Counted from the first letter of the stretch, positions 1-10,978 are shown. The stretch: 64,000 nucleotides of DNA from Thermodesulfobacteriota bacterium (GCA_965207685.1 OZ242294.1:1635229-1699228); one strand, 5' to 3'. Made by a program: numbers and translations. Notes: generated by a model not told the origin, from the letters alone.

Positions 1-71
1 ACTTACGTTTCTTTCGGGCTGGCGGTTGAATTTCTAGCTGCGGTGAATCGAAGCTGTATTCGATATCCGCA

Positions 72-890
72 TCATTCCTCTGCCTGTCCTTCCCGGCGCA
101 CTGGCGGAAACAACAAATCTTTTGCGGCCACCACGGCGCCCCCGATGATCAGGACGCAGGCAAGAGCAATGCGCCAGTCGGCCTGGCCGACACCCGATGC
201 GACAAGTATCAAGGTTGAAAGCAGCGGTGCTGCGTAGCTTGCAGAGCCTAGGACCCGGATATCGCCGTGTTTGACGCCAAAGTCCCAGGCGTAAAAGGCG
301 GCGCCGACCGGCAGGAGTCCGAGGCCTGCGACGGCTAGCCATTGTCCGGTTCCCTGCGGCCAGACCGTCTGTTCCAGCGCCAGATGGCAGATAAGCGAGA
401 AAATGGCTGTTAACGCGCAGAATCCGGTGACGACGTCGGTCGGGACCACGCCGAACCGCCGTGACAGAAGCGAGTAAGCAGACCAGGTAAAAGCGGAAAG
501 CAGCGCCGCGCTATAGCCGAAGGCAAAGCTGTCATCAAAAGAAAGGCTGTTTTTTGAAACGATCAGCACTGTCCCCGCTAGACCAGCCAGTACGCCTGTT
601 ATGTGGTGCCAGCCGAGCCGCTCCCCGGGAAGGAATGCTGAACCGACGACGATCAGCAGGGGCCAGAGATAGCCGATCAGGCTTGCTTCGACAGCCGGCG
701 CGTTGCGCAGGGCGGTGAAATAGAAAAAGTGATAGCCGAACAGTCCTCCAACGCCGAGACACCATATGCGCAAGGGCTGGCGCAGATTGCGAAAACCCGA
801 CGGCCTTGCGGCAAGGGCGATCAGTCCGATGGCGGTGGCGATCGAAAAACACATCGCAGCAAGCTGGAAGGGCGGCACTGTTAACAGCAA
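72..890 (-). pseudogene. EamA/DMT-family transporter, C-terminal ~270 codons; gene split by IS insertion (apparent TTG start lies at the IS junction)
   Basis: Ten-TM-like hydrophobic profile with paired EamA-type repeats. The reading frame continues across the IS target duplication into the N-terminal fragment at 2289-2386. Confidence 0.7.
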
Positions 891-2288
891 ATGGAACTGT
901 CCGCTTTTATAGCACGCGAGTTGTCCGCTTTTGCTTTTTTCACTTCAGCCTCCCAGGGCGTAGCCCGAAGAGGGTGAAGTGAAACTGCGGGAACCCCTTA
1001 TCCGGGTTCTCGGTCTGCTTTCGCCTCCTTTGTTTTTTAACCTGCCTTCACTGTTATATCCGCCCAGCCTGCGCTTCCCATGATACACAGACATGCTCCC
1101 GTCCGAATACTCATGCACAACTACCTTAGCCCTCACAAAATGATAACGATCCTTAACCGGCGGGATCTGCAAACTCATACCCTTGTACCTCACGCAGTTG
1201 TCGTTGCCCACTACCCTCCGATGCTTCAAACACAGTATATCGTCAAGGTTGGCATCAAAAAGCGGTACAAACGCTTCCCCCTTCTCCGCCGCGGCCACCA
1301 TGAAACGCCTGTTGAAATCCTCTATGAAACTCTCCTCCAAAAACCTGTTCGCCTCTTCCATCTCCACTATACCACGCTCACGCAACTCCGCGGGCAACCT
1401 TCCCTGCAAGGTCCCGAACATCCTCTCGCTGCGCCCCTTGGCCTCAGGGGAATATCCCGGTATCATCAGAATGCCCAGCTCACCCATCGCTCGCCCAAAC
1501 TGCGTTGGATTCTCCTTGTCCACCTTCTCTCCGGCCACCGGAGTGCTCCAGTAGTGAGGCCCCCTGTCACTGTAAAAACTCAAGAATATCCCTTTACTCT
1601 CCAATACATCCCTTACCCCTCTCATGCTGCTCCAGGTCCCTTCCTCCGAAACAAAGAAAGCGCTGTATATCTCCCCGGTGGCGTCGTCCATGGTCACCAC
1701 AAGGTCCCACACCTCCCGGGGAACCCACCTGTGAGTGCTTGCGTCCTGGTGTATCATCTCCCCGGCACACTCCCGCCGCTGCCTGCGCTGGCGGTGCACT
1801 CCCCCTCCCCGGGGCCTCCTCGCCACTCCCGCAGAGTAAAGGGTTCTCTTCACCCAGTTGTAGCAGCGACGGCCTCCGTGGCGCTCTTTATACGCCTCGT
1901 AGAAGTGAGCCACGTTGCGTTCGGGGTAGAGGGTCTTGTACAACTCCACCACCTCCGAGATCTCCTCCTGCGGGGCCCGGTTGTGGGAGAGTGCTCCCAG
2001 GCGCTTATCCAAAAGCCCACGCATCCCTTCGTCCCTGTATCGGACCGCGTAACGACGAAACGTTCTCTCCCCTATCCCGAGCTGCTCTGCTGCTTCTGCC
2101 TGTATAACCTTCTTCTCCTTCCACCTCCGGTATACCCTCTCGAACTGGTTCATCCTGACTCTTTGCAGAAACCTCGTCTGGTCCATGAATACCTCCTCCT
2201 TTGGAGAAGATAAATCCAGACAATCGCCCTTCAGCAAAACCGGACAGACGGCGTGCTATACTTCCGGACAGATGGCGTGCTATTAACA
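879..2288 (-). mobile_element. ISNCY-like insertion sequence (rve integrase-core transposase), left copy, 1410 bp, flanked by 5-bp direct repeat GGCAC (874-878 and 2289-2293)
   Basis: Ends tgttaacagc... / ...gctattaaca with imperfect terminal IRs. A near-identical inverted copy lies at 23699-26978. Joining the flanks restores an intact EamA reading frame. Confidence 0.8.
945..2186 (-). CDS. Transposase, DDE/rve integrase core, ISNCY-like; start chosen at MDQTRF preceded by AAGGAGGAGG
   Basis: HTH N-terminus and an integrase-core region (HQDAS..D..E). Near-identical to 25671-26912, differing by two amino acid substitutions. Confidence 0.75.
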   Translation of the reverse strand: MDQTRFLQRVRMNQFERVYRRWKEKKVIQAEAAEQLGIGERTFRRYAVRYRDEGMRGLLDKRLGALSHNRAPQEEISEVVELYKTLYPERNVAHFYEAYKERHGGRRCYNWVKRTLYSAGVARRPRGGGVHRQRRQRRECAGEMIHQDASTHRWVPREVWDLVVTMDDATGEIYSAFFVSEEGTWSSMRGVRDVLESKGIFLSFYSDRGPHYWSTPVAGEKVDKENPTQFGRAMGELGILMIPGYSPEAKGRSERMFGTLQGRLPAELRERGIVEMEEANRFLEESFIEDFNRRFMVAAAEKGEAFVPLFDANLDDILCLKHRRVVGNDNCVRYKGMSLQIPPVKDRYHFVRAKVVVHEYSDGSMSVYHGKRRLGGYNSEGRLKNKGGESRPRTRIRGSRSFTSPSSGYALGG

Positions 2289-2386
2289 GGCACTTTTCCT
2301 GATGAGGCTGTCAGAAGGGCCAGAAGCGACCACATAAGGATTGCGCTAAATCCGATCAGCGTTGCTTGCATTAGATGTTTTTCCAT
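2289..2386 (-). pseudogene. N-terminal 33 codons of the IS-disrupted EamA/DMT transporter (MEKHLMQATLIGFSAILMWSLLALLTASSGKVP)
   Basis: Reverse-strand translation reads in frame into 72-880 once IS 879-2288 and one copy of GGCAC are removed. Confidence 0.75.
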
Positions 2387-3345
2387 TGTCCGAATATATG
2401 GCTGAAGGGTAGCAGAAACCGCCTTGGCTGTGATAACCGGGTTTCGGTGCGGAATTATCTGATCTAATCAACCATTCCTTCAAAGCTATGCGTTAAGTCT
2501 TGCGCTGTAGTTAACGATCCCGGTGTTATCCACAACTATTCCCGTATTTTTCCCGTCACTTCTCAATAAGCCAAGGGGGATTGTAGAGAACACCATTTGA
2601 GGGGTCAATCAATTTTTCGTTCGACTACTGTACGACAGTGTTTTTTGTTACACGATATGCTACTCAGTCGGCGAATTTGGTTGAGTCGTTTGAACTGAGG
2701 ATATAGATATCGTGAATGATAGTATCATTGGTTGCTGGCAAACCGCTTGGGCAGCCATACAGGCAAAGATCAGCGTGAATTTCTTGTGTACTGGCTCGAA
2801 TGGTTAGAAACGCTGCCATAGTCAGGACGCATACGGCTAACGAAAAACGCATGATACACCTCGAAGAGTTAAAAAGCAAAAAAGCAATTACCTCTAAGAC
2901 TTGAGTTATTGTCCAATCTCATTTTCAAGGCAATTGATCAAGCGACGGGAAGATTCTCTGTTGCCACAGAAATTAACGGGATTGTTTGAATAAAAACCGG
3001 TAACGGTTAGCTTGTAGCAGGGCTTTTTGTTTATACGGGTTTATAGAAAACCCATGGAGGAGGATTTCTGCTGTGTCAGAAGAGCATGAGAAAAGGGAAT
3101 CACGGCGGAGTGCGGTAAGGATTTGGGTAACTTACAGTGCCGCTATCTTTCTTTTTGGAGGTGGCGGAGCACTCATTGCCTAGCTTTTATGTAATGGGAA
3201 AATAAACGAGGCAAGAGATCTTTTCTTGGCAATCATGCCGGTCAGTACAGCAGTGATAACCTACTGGTTCGCCACTCGAAGCAATGCTCGAAATCAGGGT
3301 TCTGGAAAAGAAACAGGTTCTAACTGTAATTCCTCAGCGGATTCT

Positions 3346-4363
3346 TTACTCAATCAATTTCAGCTTGCCGCATAATGCGTCAAATTTCGATCCCGTTGTT
3401 GGATCGTCAAGAATGCGCTTTGCCTTTTGCTTTAGCGCGTTAATGTTGGTTCGATTTGCCGCGTCCAAGGCGCCAAGCTTATCCGGCAAGTTGGTATTGA
3501 AGTGATAGTATTGTGCGTTCGGACCTTCAGTCGGCAGAATCTGTCGCAACTGATAATCTACTGCGTCGGCCACGCCGTCCATCATCACGCTTATGACCGG
3601 TTTCGCCCAACTCCCCTTGCCCCAGTCTTTGGCCCTGCCGTAATCAATGCGTTTAGTTGCCACTCCGGTTCCTAGGCTCACAAGAAGAATGTTGTCCGAT
3701 GATTCTCCAAGAAGTATCGCTTCTGCGTAGGCGCAGAGAGCCGGATTATTTGCGAAGACGCCGCCGTCAACTAGATAACGCGTTTTGGTTTCGGACCCAC
3801 CAACGGTGCGTACTTCTGCCGGTTCGAAATAGGTCGGCGCCGCGGATGTGGCACGGGCCACATCCCTAAGGAAATGGTTGCGCTCCCTCGGGTTCTCCCT
3901 AGCCTTGCGTCTTTTGAAAAAATAGGGATGGCGTTCTTCTATCTCGTAGCTTGCTACAAGGATTTCTGTAAGCGCGTCCTTAAGTTCGATGTCTCCGAAG
4001 TAGTTTTTAAGTACCATCTCGATCCCGTTGTTCGCATACTTTTCGTCCGCCCACCCCCAAAGATGATGTTATCTTGTCATAAAGCGAGCGTCTGAATATG
4101 TCCTTTCCATGCTCCTCGTAAAATGCGAGCAGATCAGACGCCTTGAACTTGGGACCGGGCGAAACGAATTCATAACTCGGGCCTGCGGGAGCGACCAGTC
4201 CGGCGGCCAGAATGCCGCCCGTGGACGTGCCGGCGATCAGGTCAAAGAGACTGTAGACATCCTTGCCCGTGCGCTTTTCCATCTCGGTCAAAAGCACAGC
4301 CGGAATCACACCGCGGATTCCGCCACCGTCAATGGAGAGTATCTTGTACAATGCCATCTGCAT
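3346..4363 (-). pseudogene. Patatin-like phospholipase, frameshifted near 4010-4060 (GGGxRG, GTSTG nucleophile elbow and DGG catalytic Asp all present)
   Basis: Two adjacent ORFs (4007-4363 and 3346-4017) carry the N- and C-halves of a patatin domain in different frames. The break lies in a G-run (ttgggggtgggcgg). Confidence 0.7.
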
Positions 4364-4443
4364 ATCTCCCGATTATGATAATTCTTCCTTAAGGTCTTCA
4401 AGCGTTCCGCATACTCTCGGGTAAAGACCCCGAATCGAGATGT

Positions 4444-5676
4444 TTACTCAAGATTCCAGTCGGGATTGAAGCCCAGATCTTGAAGTCGCTTTCGTTCTTT
4501 CCTATACTCCGTCCGCCTTACGCTTTCCCTGTATAACCACAAGGCTCTTTGCTCCGCCGCTTTGTTTCTCAAATATCGTTTCGGCGATATTTTCTGCGCG
4601 CCCCATATTGCAAGCCCCGCAATTCCGTGTATCCTTGCAAAACAAAATACCTTGAAGAGTTGCAGAAAGAACCAAAATCTGAATTTTTCTATAATCCCCT
4701 TTTTTCGCTCTTCTTTTTTAAGCTGCTTAGCTATCTTTTCCATCTTGAGCACTATATCCGTGTAGGGCCCTTTACCTTCCTTTTTCCTCTCCACTTTCTT
4801 TTCTATGTGGAAGTGGAGAGATGATGATACTTCGCTCTTTACGGTTCCTGTCCGCTCTATAGGTTTTTCCAGTAGTTCTAACCATCTTAACAACGCCGTT
4901 AGTGATATCGGATTCATCAATGTTGTGTTCGCCGCATCTTCATATTCTCTGGATCTCTTGACTCCCCATTCTTTCATTGCTTCCGGCGTTGTTTCCCATA
5001 GCACTATTACGCGCTTGAACGGACATTCCTTTTTTATCAATTCCTTCTGCCTTATTTCTTCGATCCCCATGGCTGTTCTTACCATGAAGTTGTCAAGCGA
5101 GTTCTCCGCCCGGAAAGGATCCGCCGGAGGTGCCGCAAACCACAGCGGAAGCCCCACTACCAGTGTTCCGTACCCGTACTTTTCCACCACTTCGTCATAC
5201 GATGTCTTCCTTATCTTTTTTTCAATCACTGCCATCACCTTATCCGCCGCCGCTCTCTGTTGAGCCCTGCTAGGTATACCCCTCCTTAGCCCTTTCAGAA
5301 ATTCTTCTAGGTCCACGGTACGGTTGCTCTCTATGCCGTTGAGTACCTTCATTGCGCCTTCGATTTTCTCTGGAGGTGCTGTTGTGAAAACTTCCGTGAC
5401 CTCTACCCACTCCAAACCGCTTTCCGTTCCCGTGGCTATTTTCATTTTGTATATAAAGTCGTCACCCGGGTCGTCTATCTTTCTTCCTATCTCCTCGTGG
5501 TCTATCCGGCAGTCTAAATTCATTTCAAGGAAAGACTTTTTCTCCTGCAGCAATCCTTTCGCATGTTCAACCCAGTACACTTCGCGAAGCCGCTTGGCCT
5601 TTTCCCTGTCCCGAATTTTCTCCCATCCCTTTTCTTTACTTGCCTTTTCTGCGTACAATACCCCTAGACCTATCAC
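4444..5676 (-). CDS. Hypothetical protein, 410 aa, Lys/Glu-rich, no recognisable motif; co-oriented immediately downstream of the patatin pseudogene
   Basis: Long ORF with AT-rich codon usage matching the island. No shadow-ORF explanation: the opposite strand has only short ORFs. Confidence 0.5.
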   Translation of the reverse strand: MIGLGVLYAEKASKEKGWEKIRDREKAKRLREVYWVEHAKGLLQEKKSFLEMNLDCRIDHEEIGRKIDDPGDDFIYKMKIATGTESGLEWVEVTEVFTTAPPEKIEGAMKVLNGIESNRTVDLEEFLKGLRRGIPSRAQQRAAADKVMAVIEKKIRKTSYDEVVEKYGYGTLVVGLPLWFAAPPADPFRAENSLDNFMVRTAMGIEEIRQKELIKKECPFKRVIVLWETTPEAMKEWGVKRSREYEDAANTTLMNPISLTALLRWLELLEKPIERTGTVKSEVSSSLHFHIEKKVERKKEGKGPYTDIVLKMEKIAKQLKKEERKKGIIEKFRFWFFLQLFKVFCFARIHGIAGLAIWGAQKISPKRYLRNKAAEQRALWLYRESVRRTEYRKERKRLQDLGFNPDWNLE

Positions 5677-5836
5677 TGTTGTTACTCCCTTTCGTTACCC
5701 GTTTTTGGGTAGTTTTTTCTTTTATGGATGCGGTTTAGGTTAACTTGCTAACTTCGTTACACTGTTCGGATTTCTGTGTATAATCACACCGGTAATTTTT
5801 CTGTCAACAGGGTTTCCCAAGGCTTTTCTCAAAACC

Positions 5837-6592
5837 ATGTTAAAAAAAGTCAAAAAAAGAATCAAGAAACATTTATTCGGTATTCCTCGAAGTGAGTCTA
5901 CGCCAGAGGCGACAGACGAACACCTTAAGATTATGGACAAGTGCTCAAGATACACGATGACTTCAAGGAGTCGTCAGTGGGCGTTAATACAATCGGTTGA
6001 ATGGATAGCGAATAACAACATAGAGGGTGACATAGTTGAGTGCGGAGTGTGGAAAGGTGGAAATCTGATACTTTGCGGTTTGATGCTGAAAGCGTTTAAT
6101 CTTGAGAGACTAATATGGGGGTATGACACTTTTACCGGGATGAGTGAACCAACCGAGGATGACTATTTGATAGACAATTCCGAGTCAAAGAACTCTTCGC
6201 TCATAAGGGACAAATGGTTGGCCAAACAGAAGTCGCAGGGAATAACGGACTGGAACTATGTGACAAAGGATGAAGTCGCAAGTAATTTTAGCAAGGAAGT
6301 TGGTACGGACAACCTCAAATTAATCAGCGGCAAGGTTGAAGATACTCTCACAATAGAAAGTAATCTTCCTGAGAAAATCTCAATTTTGAGATTGGATACG
6401 GATTGGTACGAAAGTACGAAAGTGGAGCTTGAAGTTCTGTTCCCTCGTCTTCAAAAAGGAGGCGTGCTTATAATCGATGATTATGGGTGCTGGGCGGGGT
6501 CCAGAAAAGCTGTCGATGAGTTCTTCGAGGGATACGGATTTATATGGCTGCACCGTGTTAGTAAAAGTTGCAGGCTTTATGTCAATCAGTAG
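5837..6592 (+). CDS. Macrocin-O-methyltransferase (TylF/MycF) family SAM-dependent O-methyltransferase
   Basis: Motifs GDIVECGVWKGGN, RLDTDWYEST and GGVLIIDDYG are typical of the TylF family. Confidence 0.8.
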   Translation: MLKKVKKRIKKHLFGIPRSESTPEATDEHLKIMDKCSRYTMTSRSRQWALIQSVEWIANNNIEGDIVECGVWKGGNLILCGLMLKAFNLERLIWGYDTFTGMSEPTEDDYLIDNSESKNSSLIRDKWLAKQKSQGITDWNYVTKDEVASNFSKEVGTDNLKLISGKVEDTLTIESNLPEKISILRLDTDWYESTKVELEVLFPRLQKGGVLIIDDYGCWAGSRKAVDEFFEGYGFIWLHRVSKSCRLYVNQ

Positions 6593-6803
6593 TTTCGTTC
6601 TTTTTTTTGAATATTTTTTTCTTGTTAGTAATTTTTTCAGTATGGATTGCTTTATTGCAGGGAAAATTAATTAAATGGAAAGAAAAAGTTCCCGTAAACT
6701 GCCGAAATAACAGAGTCTGTTTTTGTCGCCTATGTGCCGGACCTAATGGATCCATACCGGGTACGGTTGACGCTTTTATTTAACTTCAAGGGGGAACTAA
6801 TTT

Positions 6804-7550
6804 TTGGGTCTTAAGAGTTTTGTTAAACGCAAAGTTTATTTTGCTAGGATTTGGGCTAGAAAGCAGAGATTTCTTTCCAAAAATAATGTTCCACAACCCG
6901 GGGAAGTAGAATGGCTAATCAAAACTGAGGCAAAATATGGGGGATACATACGAGGTTTGCAACGTAAGGTTATAAGTGACCACCATGATTCGCATGGAAG
7001 GGCTAAGCTCTTTCGTCGATTTCTGCAGGGTGGGGACCGTATGTTGTATCATGGTTACGGAAAGAAGTATGCAGAGTATTTGGCTCCTTTTGTTTCCGGC
7101 TGTCTTTCCCGCACCGTTACCCTTATAGAGCTTGGTATCTTAAGAGGGACGGGCCTTGCTATCTGGTGTGACCTGTTTAAAAATGGACGGATAGTAGGTC
7201 TTGATATTGATCTTGAATACTTCAGTGCGAGTGTTGGCAACTTAAGACGCTTAGGTGCTTTTATACACAACTACCCGGAGCTATATTATTTTGATCAGTA
7301 TAGAAGCAATCGCGAATATCTGAGAAATATTTTGGGAAATGACAGGATCGATATTTTTATCGATGATGGAATTCATGATTCCGAGGCTATCATGAACACT
7401 ATGAAATGCGTTGTTCCTTACCTCTCTGATCAATTCGTATATTTTGTTGAAGACAACAAGGATGTACATTCACAGATTCGCCAAAACTATCCGGATTTCA
7501 CCGTAGCTAGCTATGGTCGCCTTACGGTTATTACGGGAAATTCCAATTAA
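6804..7550 (+). CDS. Putative class I SAM-dependent methyltransferase (CmcI-like)
   Basis: IELGILRGTGLAIW glycine-rich loop and IFIDDGIHD motif. Tandem with the TylF-like gene. Confidence 0.45.
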   Translation: MGLKSFVKRKVYFARIWARKQRFLSKNNVPQPGEVEWLIKTEAKYGGYIRGLQRKVISDHHDSHGRAKLFRRFLQGGDRMLYHGYGKKYAEYLAPFVSGCLSRTVTLIELGILRGTGLAIWCDLFKNGRIVGLDIDLEYFSASVGNLRRLGAFIHNYPELYYFDQYRSNREYLRNILGNDRIDIFIDDGIHDSEAIMNTMKCVVPYLSDQFVYFVEDNKDVHSQIRQNYPDFTVASYGRLTVITGNSN

Positions 7551-7686
7551 TAACACGGTTCTGGATAACCCTGTAAAAAAGAGACTCCGGCAAGGATCAC
7601 ACCCAGTAGTCCTAACCGTAACTTCATTTGACAAGTGCAGATATAAGGTAGTCGTCCTATTTCACGGGGCAAAGGTCCAGGGAAAT

Positions 7687-9030
7687 TCACTTCATAGGAT
7701 CTTGCGGTTTCTCTGAAATAGAGGAGGTGGTTCTATAGCGGATCTTGTTAAACGTAAATAAGGAAAACACAAGTATTAAGATTGCGGGTACGAGTCTTGA
7801 GGCAGCAGCTCCGTTATAGGAGTACGCTTGAACCAATACCAAGAGTACTGCCACATAAGACATAGAGGACAGAGCGACCCTAATCACTCTTTGTCTCAGT
7901 CTGTTAAGTGCTAGTTCTGCTGAATCAATCCAGAAGCAAAGAGCGGATAAGACTTCAGAGATGACAATTAGCTGCAGAGCCAATGTAGCGGGTTCGTATG
8001 CGCTACCGAAGAAAATAATAATGATTTTGTTTGCGAACAGAAAAAATATTAGTCCAACCGGCAGAAAGACTTTCAGGAGATTCTTAGTAGAATAGGAGAC
8101 AATATCGCTGAAAGCTTCTTTCGAACCACGACTTTGCGCGGCTACGAGGGCTGGATATATGGTATCTTGTACAGGTTTTCGCAATTTTACGCTTACGCCG
8201 GAAAAAATTATTGCTACTCTGTATAGTCCAACCGCTTCTTTGGCTGTGAAATATCCCAGAATTAGCACGGGAATCTGCCTGCTGAAAGCATTGCTAAGAA
8301 AACCGGTAAAAGTTGAGACAAGAACAAACGAGCGAACTTCTTCAAAGGTAACTTCCAAATTCTTGACTTTGGCGGTCGTCCATCTTTTTAATCCCGATTG
8401 CCTAAGAACTCTAAGCACCTCTACCTGAAGCATCAGGAAGAACACAAAAGCTGCTACCACGTAGCAGACGAAAACTCCTTCTATTCCGAATCCAGCAAGA
8501 AGGGAAACCGCGATCAGAACAACTCTTAATCCGGTACGGGAAGTTCTCACAAAGGCTATAGTCTTGAACCTGTCAAAGACCCTGAGAACTGCTTCCGAAC
8601 TCTTATTGACGCTTGATACTAAGATGCTTGCTGAATAAATAAGCGTGAATTTGAACGTGTTCTCAGAGTGGATAAAGAGGTCGTCTGCCACTCCGGCGAG
8701 AATAAGGCACACTCCCAGGGCTGCAATGCCTACCAAGAAATCAAGCACGTAAAAAAACTTGATGAACGAGAGGACTTTGTCCTTTTCCCCGAGTTCTCGG
8801 TACTGCCCGACATATCTTACGACGGCATCGGGAGACCTCAGGTCGATTAGTCCGTTGATTATGCCGACGTAAGCTATTATCAGGGTGAAGAGACCTAACT
8901 GCTCAACCCCTAGAAACCGGGCGATTAATATGGGTTCGGCTGCCGAGAAGAGAGAAGCCGCCATGCTTCCACTGAAGAGCCAAGACGCGTTTTTGAAAAG
9001 GTTTCTTGTTGAATTGCCCGAGGCCGGCAT
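7687..9030 (-). CDS. Wzx-type polysaccharide/oligosaccharide flippase (MOP superfamily)
   Basis: 447 aa, multi-TM throughout, typical polysaccharide-biosynthesis-protein N-terminus. Glycan gene neighbourhood. Confidence 0.65.
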   Translation of the reverse strand: MPASGNSTRNLFKNASWLFSGSMAASLFSAAEPILIARFLGVEQLGLFTLIIAYVGIINGLIDLRSPDAVVRYVGQYRELGEKDKVLSFIKFFYVLDFLVGIAALGVCLILAGVADDLFIHSENTFKFTLIYSASILVSSVNKSSEAVLRVFDRFKTIAFVRTSRTGLRVVLIAVSLLAGFGIEGVFVCYVVAAFVFFLMLQVEVLRVLRQSGLKRWTTAKVKNLEVTFEEVRSFVLVSTFTGFLSNAFSRQIPVLILGYFTAKEAVGLYRVAIIFSGVSVKLRKPVQDTIYPALVAAQSRGSKEAFSDIVSYSTKNLLKVFLPVGLIFFLFANKIIIIFFGSAYEPATLALQLIVISEVLSALCFWIDSAELALNRLRQRVIRVALSSMSYVAVLLVLVQAYSYNGAAASRLVPAILILVFSLFTFNKIRYRTTSSISEKPQDPMK

Positions 9031-9101
9031 ATGAAAAGTTCCGTCTAGGAGAGTAAAACACCGTGCAATATAACTTGGTTTATTCTACCTGAATGGGCGT
9101 A

Positions 9102-10217
9102 CTATCTCCGCTTCTCTAGGATTTCCCTAAATATTTTAAGATTCTCCTCGGTCATTTTTTCGACGCTCAATTCTCCCACTCGTTTTTTTGCCTCTTCACC
9201 CATTTTCGTTGCGAGAGTCCTATCCTGAAGCAGCTTCAAAACGGCTTCTGCCATCTTTTCTGGATCTCCGACCGGAACGAGAATTCCGTTCTTTCCATTC
9301 TTGATAATTTCTCTTGCCCCGAAATCGTGATCGGTGCTTACGACCGGAAGCCCTAAGGCAAGAGCCTCTAACAGCGAGTTTGAAAACCCCTCAAACAGCG
9401 AGGAGCAGATAAAAACATTGCATCTTATGGCATATTTGTGGGGGTTGAGAACGGAACCGGTAAAGTCGATTTTGTCTCTCATGTCAAGTTCCTCCGCTGT
9501 GGATACGATCTTACTTTTCAGTGGCCCATCGCCTACAAGAAGAAGTCTGAGCGGAGTAACGTCGTTTACTGCGTTTACTGCTTTCACCAGGTTTTCGTAT
9601 CCCTTTGACGGGAACAGCCTTCCCACCGCCGCTGCCACAGGAATTTCCTCATCGAACCATCGGTGTGCCGCTTCTTCTCTGGATCGCTTCTCTATGCTTT
9701 CTATGTCCACACCGTTTTGAACTGTCCGTATTCTCTCTCCGACTCCTAGCTGTGCCAGGCTTTTTCTTCCTCCATTCGAAAGCACTATTACCATATCTGC
9801 CATTCTGTAGCAGAAGACCTTGGCAAATCCGATTAGATTTCTGATAATAGGTGGCCAACGTTTGAGACTTTCCTTTATGTTGCTAACTTCAACCGCAACG
9901 GTCTTGATTCCTAGAATCCTGCCCGCAAAGATCACTGCTGGTTTTGTTGTCCAGAACCTGCTATAGAGAATGTCGGGCTTTCTTTGTTTTGCGGTTTTGT
10001 AAATGAAACGGAATCGTGAAAGAAAATTTGCGTTAGAATTATAAGAAATAATCTTAACCCCGCTTGAAAACTGGGAAGTCATATCCATTTTTTTATCGGT
10101 AAGTAAAATCGTAACTTCGCACCCATTGCGGGCAAACCCGTTGGCAAGCTCTATGGTCTGCTTTTCGGAACCCCCTCCCCCGAGATTAAGACGGGGAGCT
10201 ACCATCATTATTTTCAC
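9102..10217 (-). CDS. Glycosyltransferase family 4 (GT-B)
   Basis: N-terminal MKIMMV..GGGSE and C-terminal EGFSNSLLEALALGLPVVSTD (E-x7-E) motifs. Confidence 0.85.
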   Translation of the reverse strand: MKIMMVAPRLNLGGGGSEKQTIELANGFARNGCEVTILLTDKKMDMTSQFSSGVKIISYNSNANFLSRFRFIYKTAKQRKPDILYSRFWTTKPAVIFAGRILGIKTVAVEVSNIKESLKRWPPIIRNLIGFAKVFCYRMADMVIVLSNGGRKSLAQLGVGERIRTVQNGVDIESIEKRSREEAAHRWFDEEIPVAAAVGRLFPSKGYENLVKAVNAVNDVTPLRLLLVGDGPLKSKIVSTAEELDMRDKIDFTGSVLNPHKYAIRCNVFICSSLFEGFSNSLLEALALGLPVVSTDHDFGAREIIKNGKNGILVPVGDPEKMAEAVLKLLQDRTLATKMGEEAKKRVGELSVEKMTEENLKIFREILEKRR

Positions 10218-10564
10218 TTCTGCGTATACCTCACTGATGTCTTAAGGTTTCTATGGTGTCCGGCACGCGCTTTTTTTGCAAGCAGTATGCTGAAAAGATT
10301 TGCATGGGGGTGGAGAGTGCAGCGGTAGCCGAGACGGACAATAGACTTTTCTGGTCATATGTCAAGCGGTGACTGGAAGGATAAAAAGTATGGCTCACTT
10401 CCGCTAGTCAGCTTGAGGTGACCGGACTAAGAGTTGTGCATTTGAAAAAGTCTCTGGACTTCCCTAACAAGGAACAAACAGGTTTGGGTTGGTTCAAGTT
10501 TTTGAATGCCGAATTTGACAATAACTTCAGGTTCAAACAGTATAAGTGCGGCATGGGGAGAAAG

Positions 10565-10978
10565 ATGAAAAAGCTCCTTTTGATTCTTCCATTCTTTTTG
10601 TTGTTTTCAGTCCCTTCCTATTCGGAAGAAAAGGCTTACAGAACTTACACTGACATCGGAGAACTTGAGGCACCTACCCTTACCATCTCACAGGTTCTTT
10701 CCTCCCGTGACGAGTTTCACAGAAAGGTGTTTACCCTTGAGGGGCAGGTGGGCGAAATAAAGTTCAAGGAAATGAGAGACGGAAAGAAGTTCACCTTGTT
10801 CTGGTTTTTTGAAGATGATCCAGAAAAAAGAATAAATGTCTACGCAAGGGGTTTTGTGGAGGGCATTGAGAACGGAACTAGGATAAGAATTCTCGGCTGG
10901 TACAGAAAGCATAAAAGGCATTTCCTGATAAAGCGCAAAAATATTATGAAAGCGAAGAAGATTCATATTCTTCAATGA
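10565..10978 (+). CDS. Small secreted hypothetical protein (signal peptide MKKLLLILPFFLLFSVPSYS)
   Basis: GGGAG RBS before the ATG at 10565; cleavable signal-like N-terminus. Confidence 0.4.
   Translation: MKKLLLILPFFLLFSVPSYSEEKAYRTYTDIGELEAPTLTISQVLSSRDEFHRKVFTLEGQVGEIKFKEMRDGKKFTLFWFFEDDPEKRINVYARGFVEGIENGTRIRILGWYRKHKRHFLIKRKNIMKAKKIHILQ

Noticed and set aside
1080-2213. Long antisense ORFs inside both ISNCY transposase genes (377 aa, 200 aa, 123 aa), mirrored at 25644-26777
   Set aside because: These are shadow ORFs of a GC-rich transposase gene. They are duplicated only because the IS is duplicated and have no independent motif.
2400-3340. About 950-bp AT-rich gap with tiny ORFs (37- and 46-codon hydrophobic peptides)
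   Set aside because: No conserved motif and the peptides are interrupted by stops. This is most likely intergenic or decayed sequence at the island edge.
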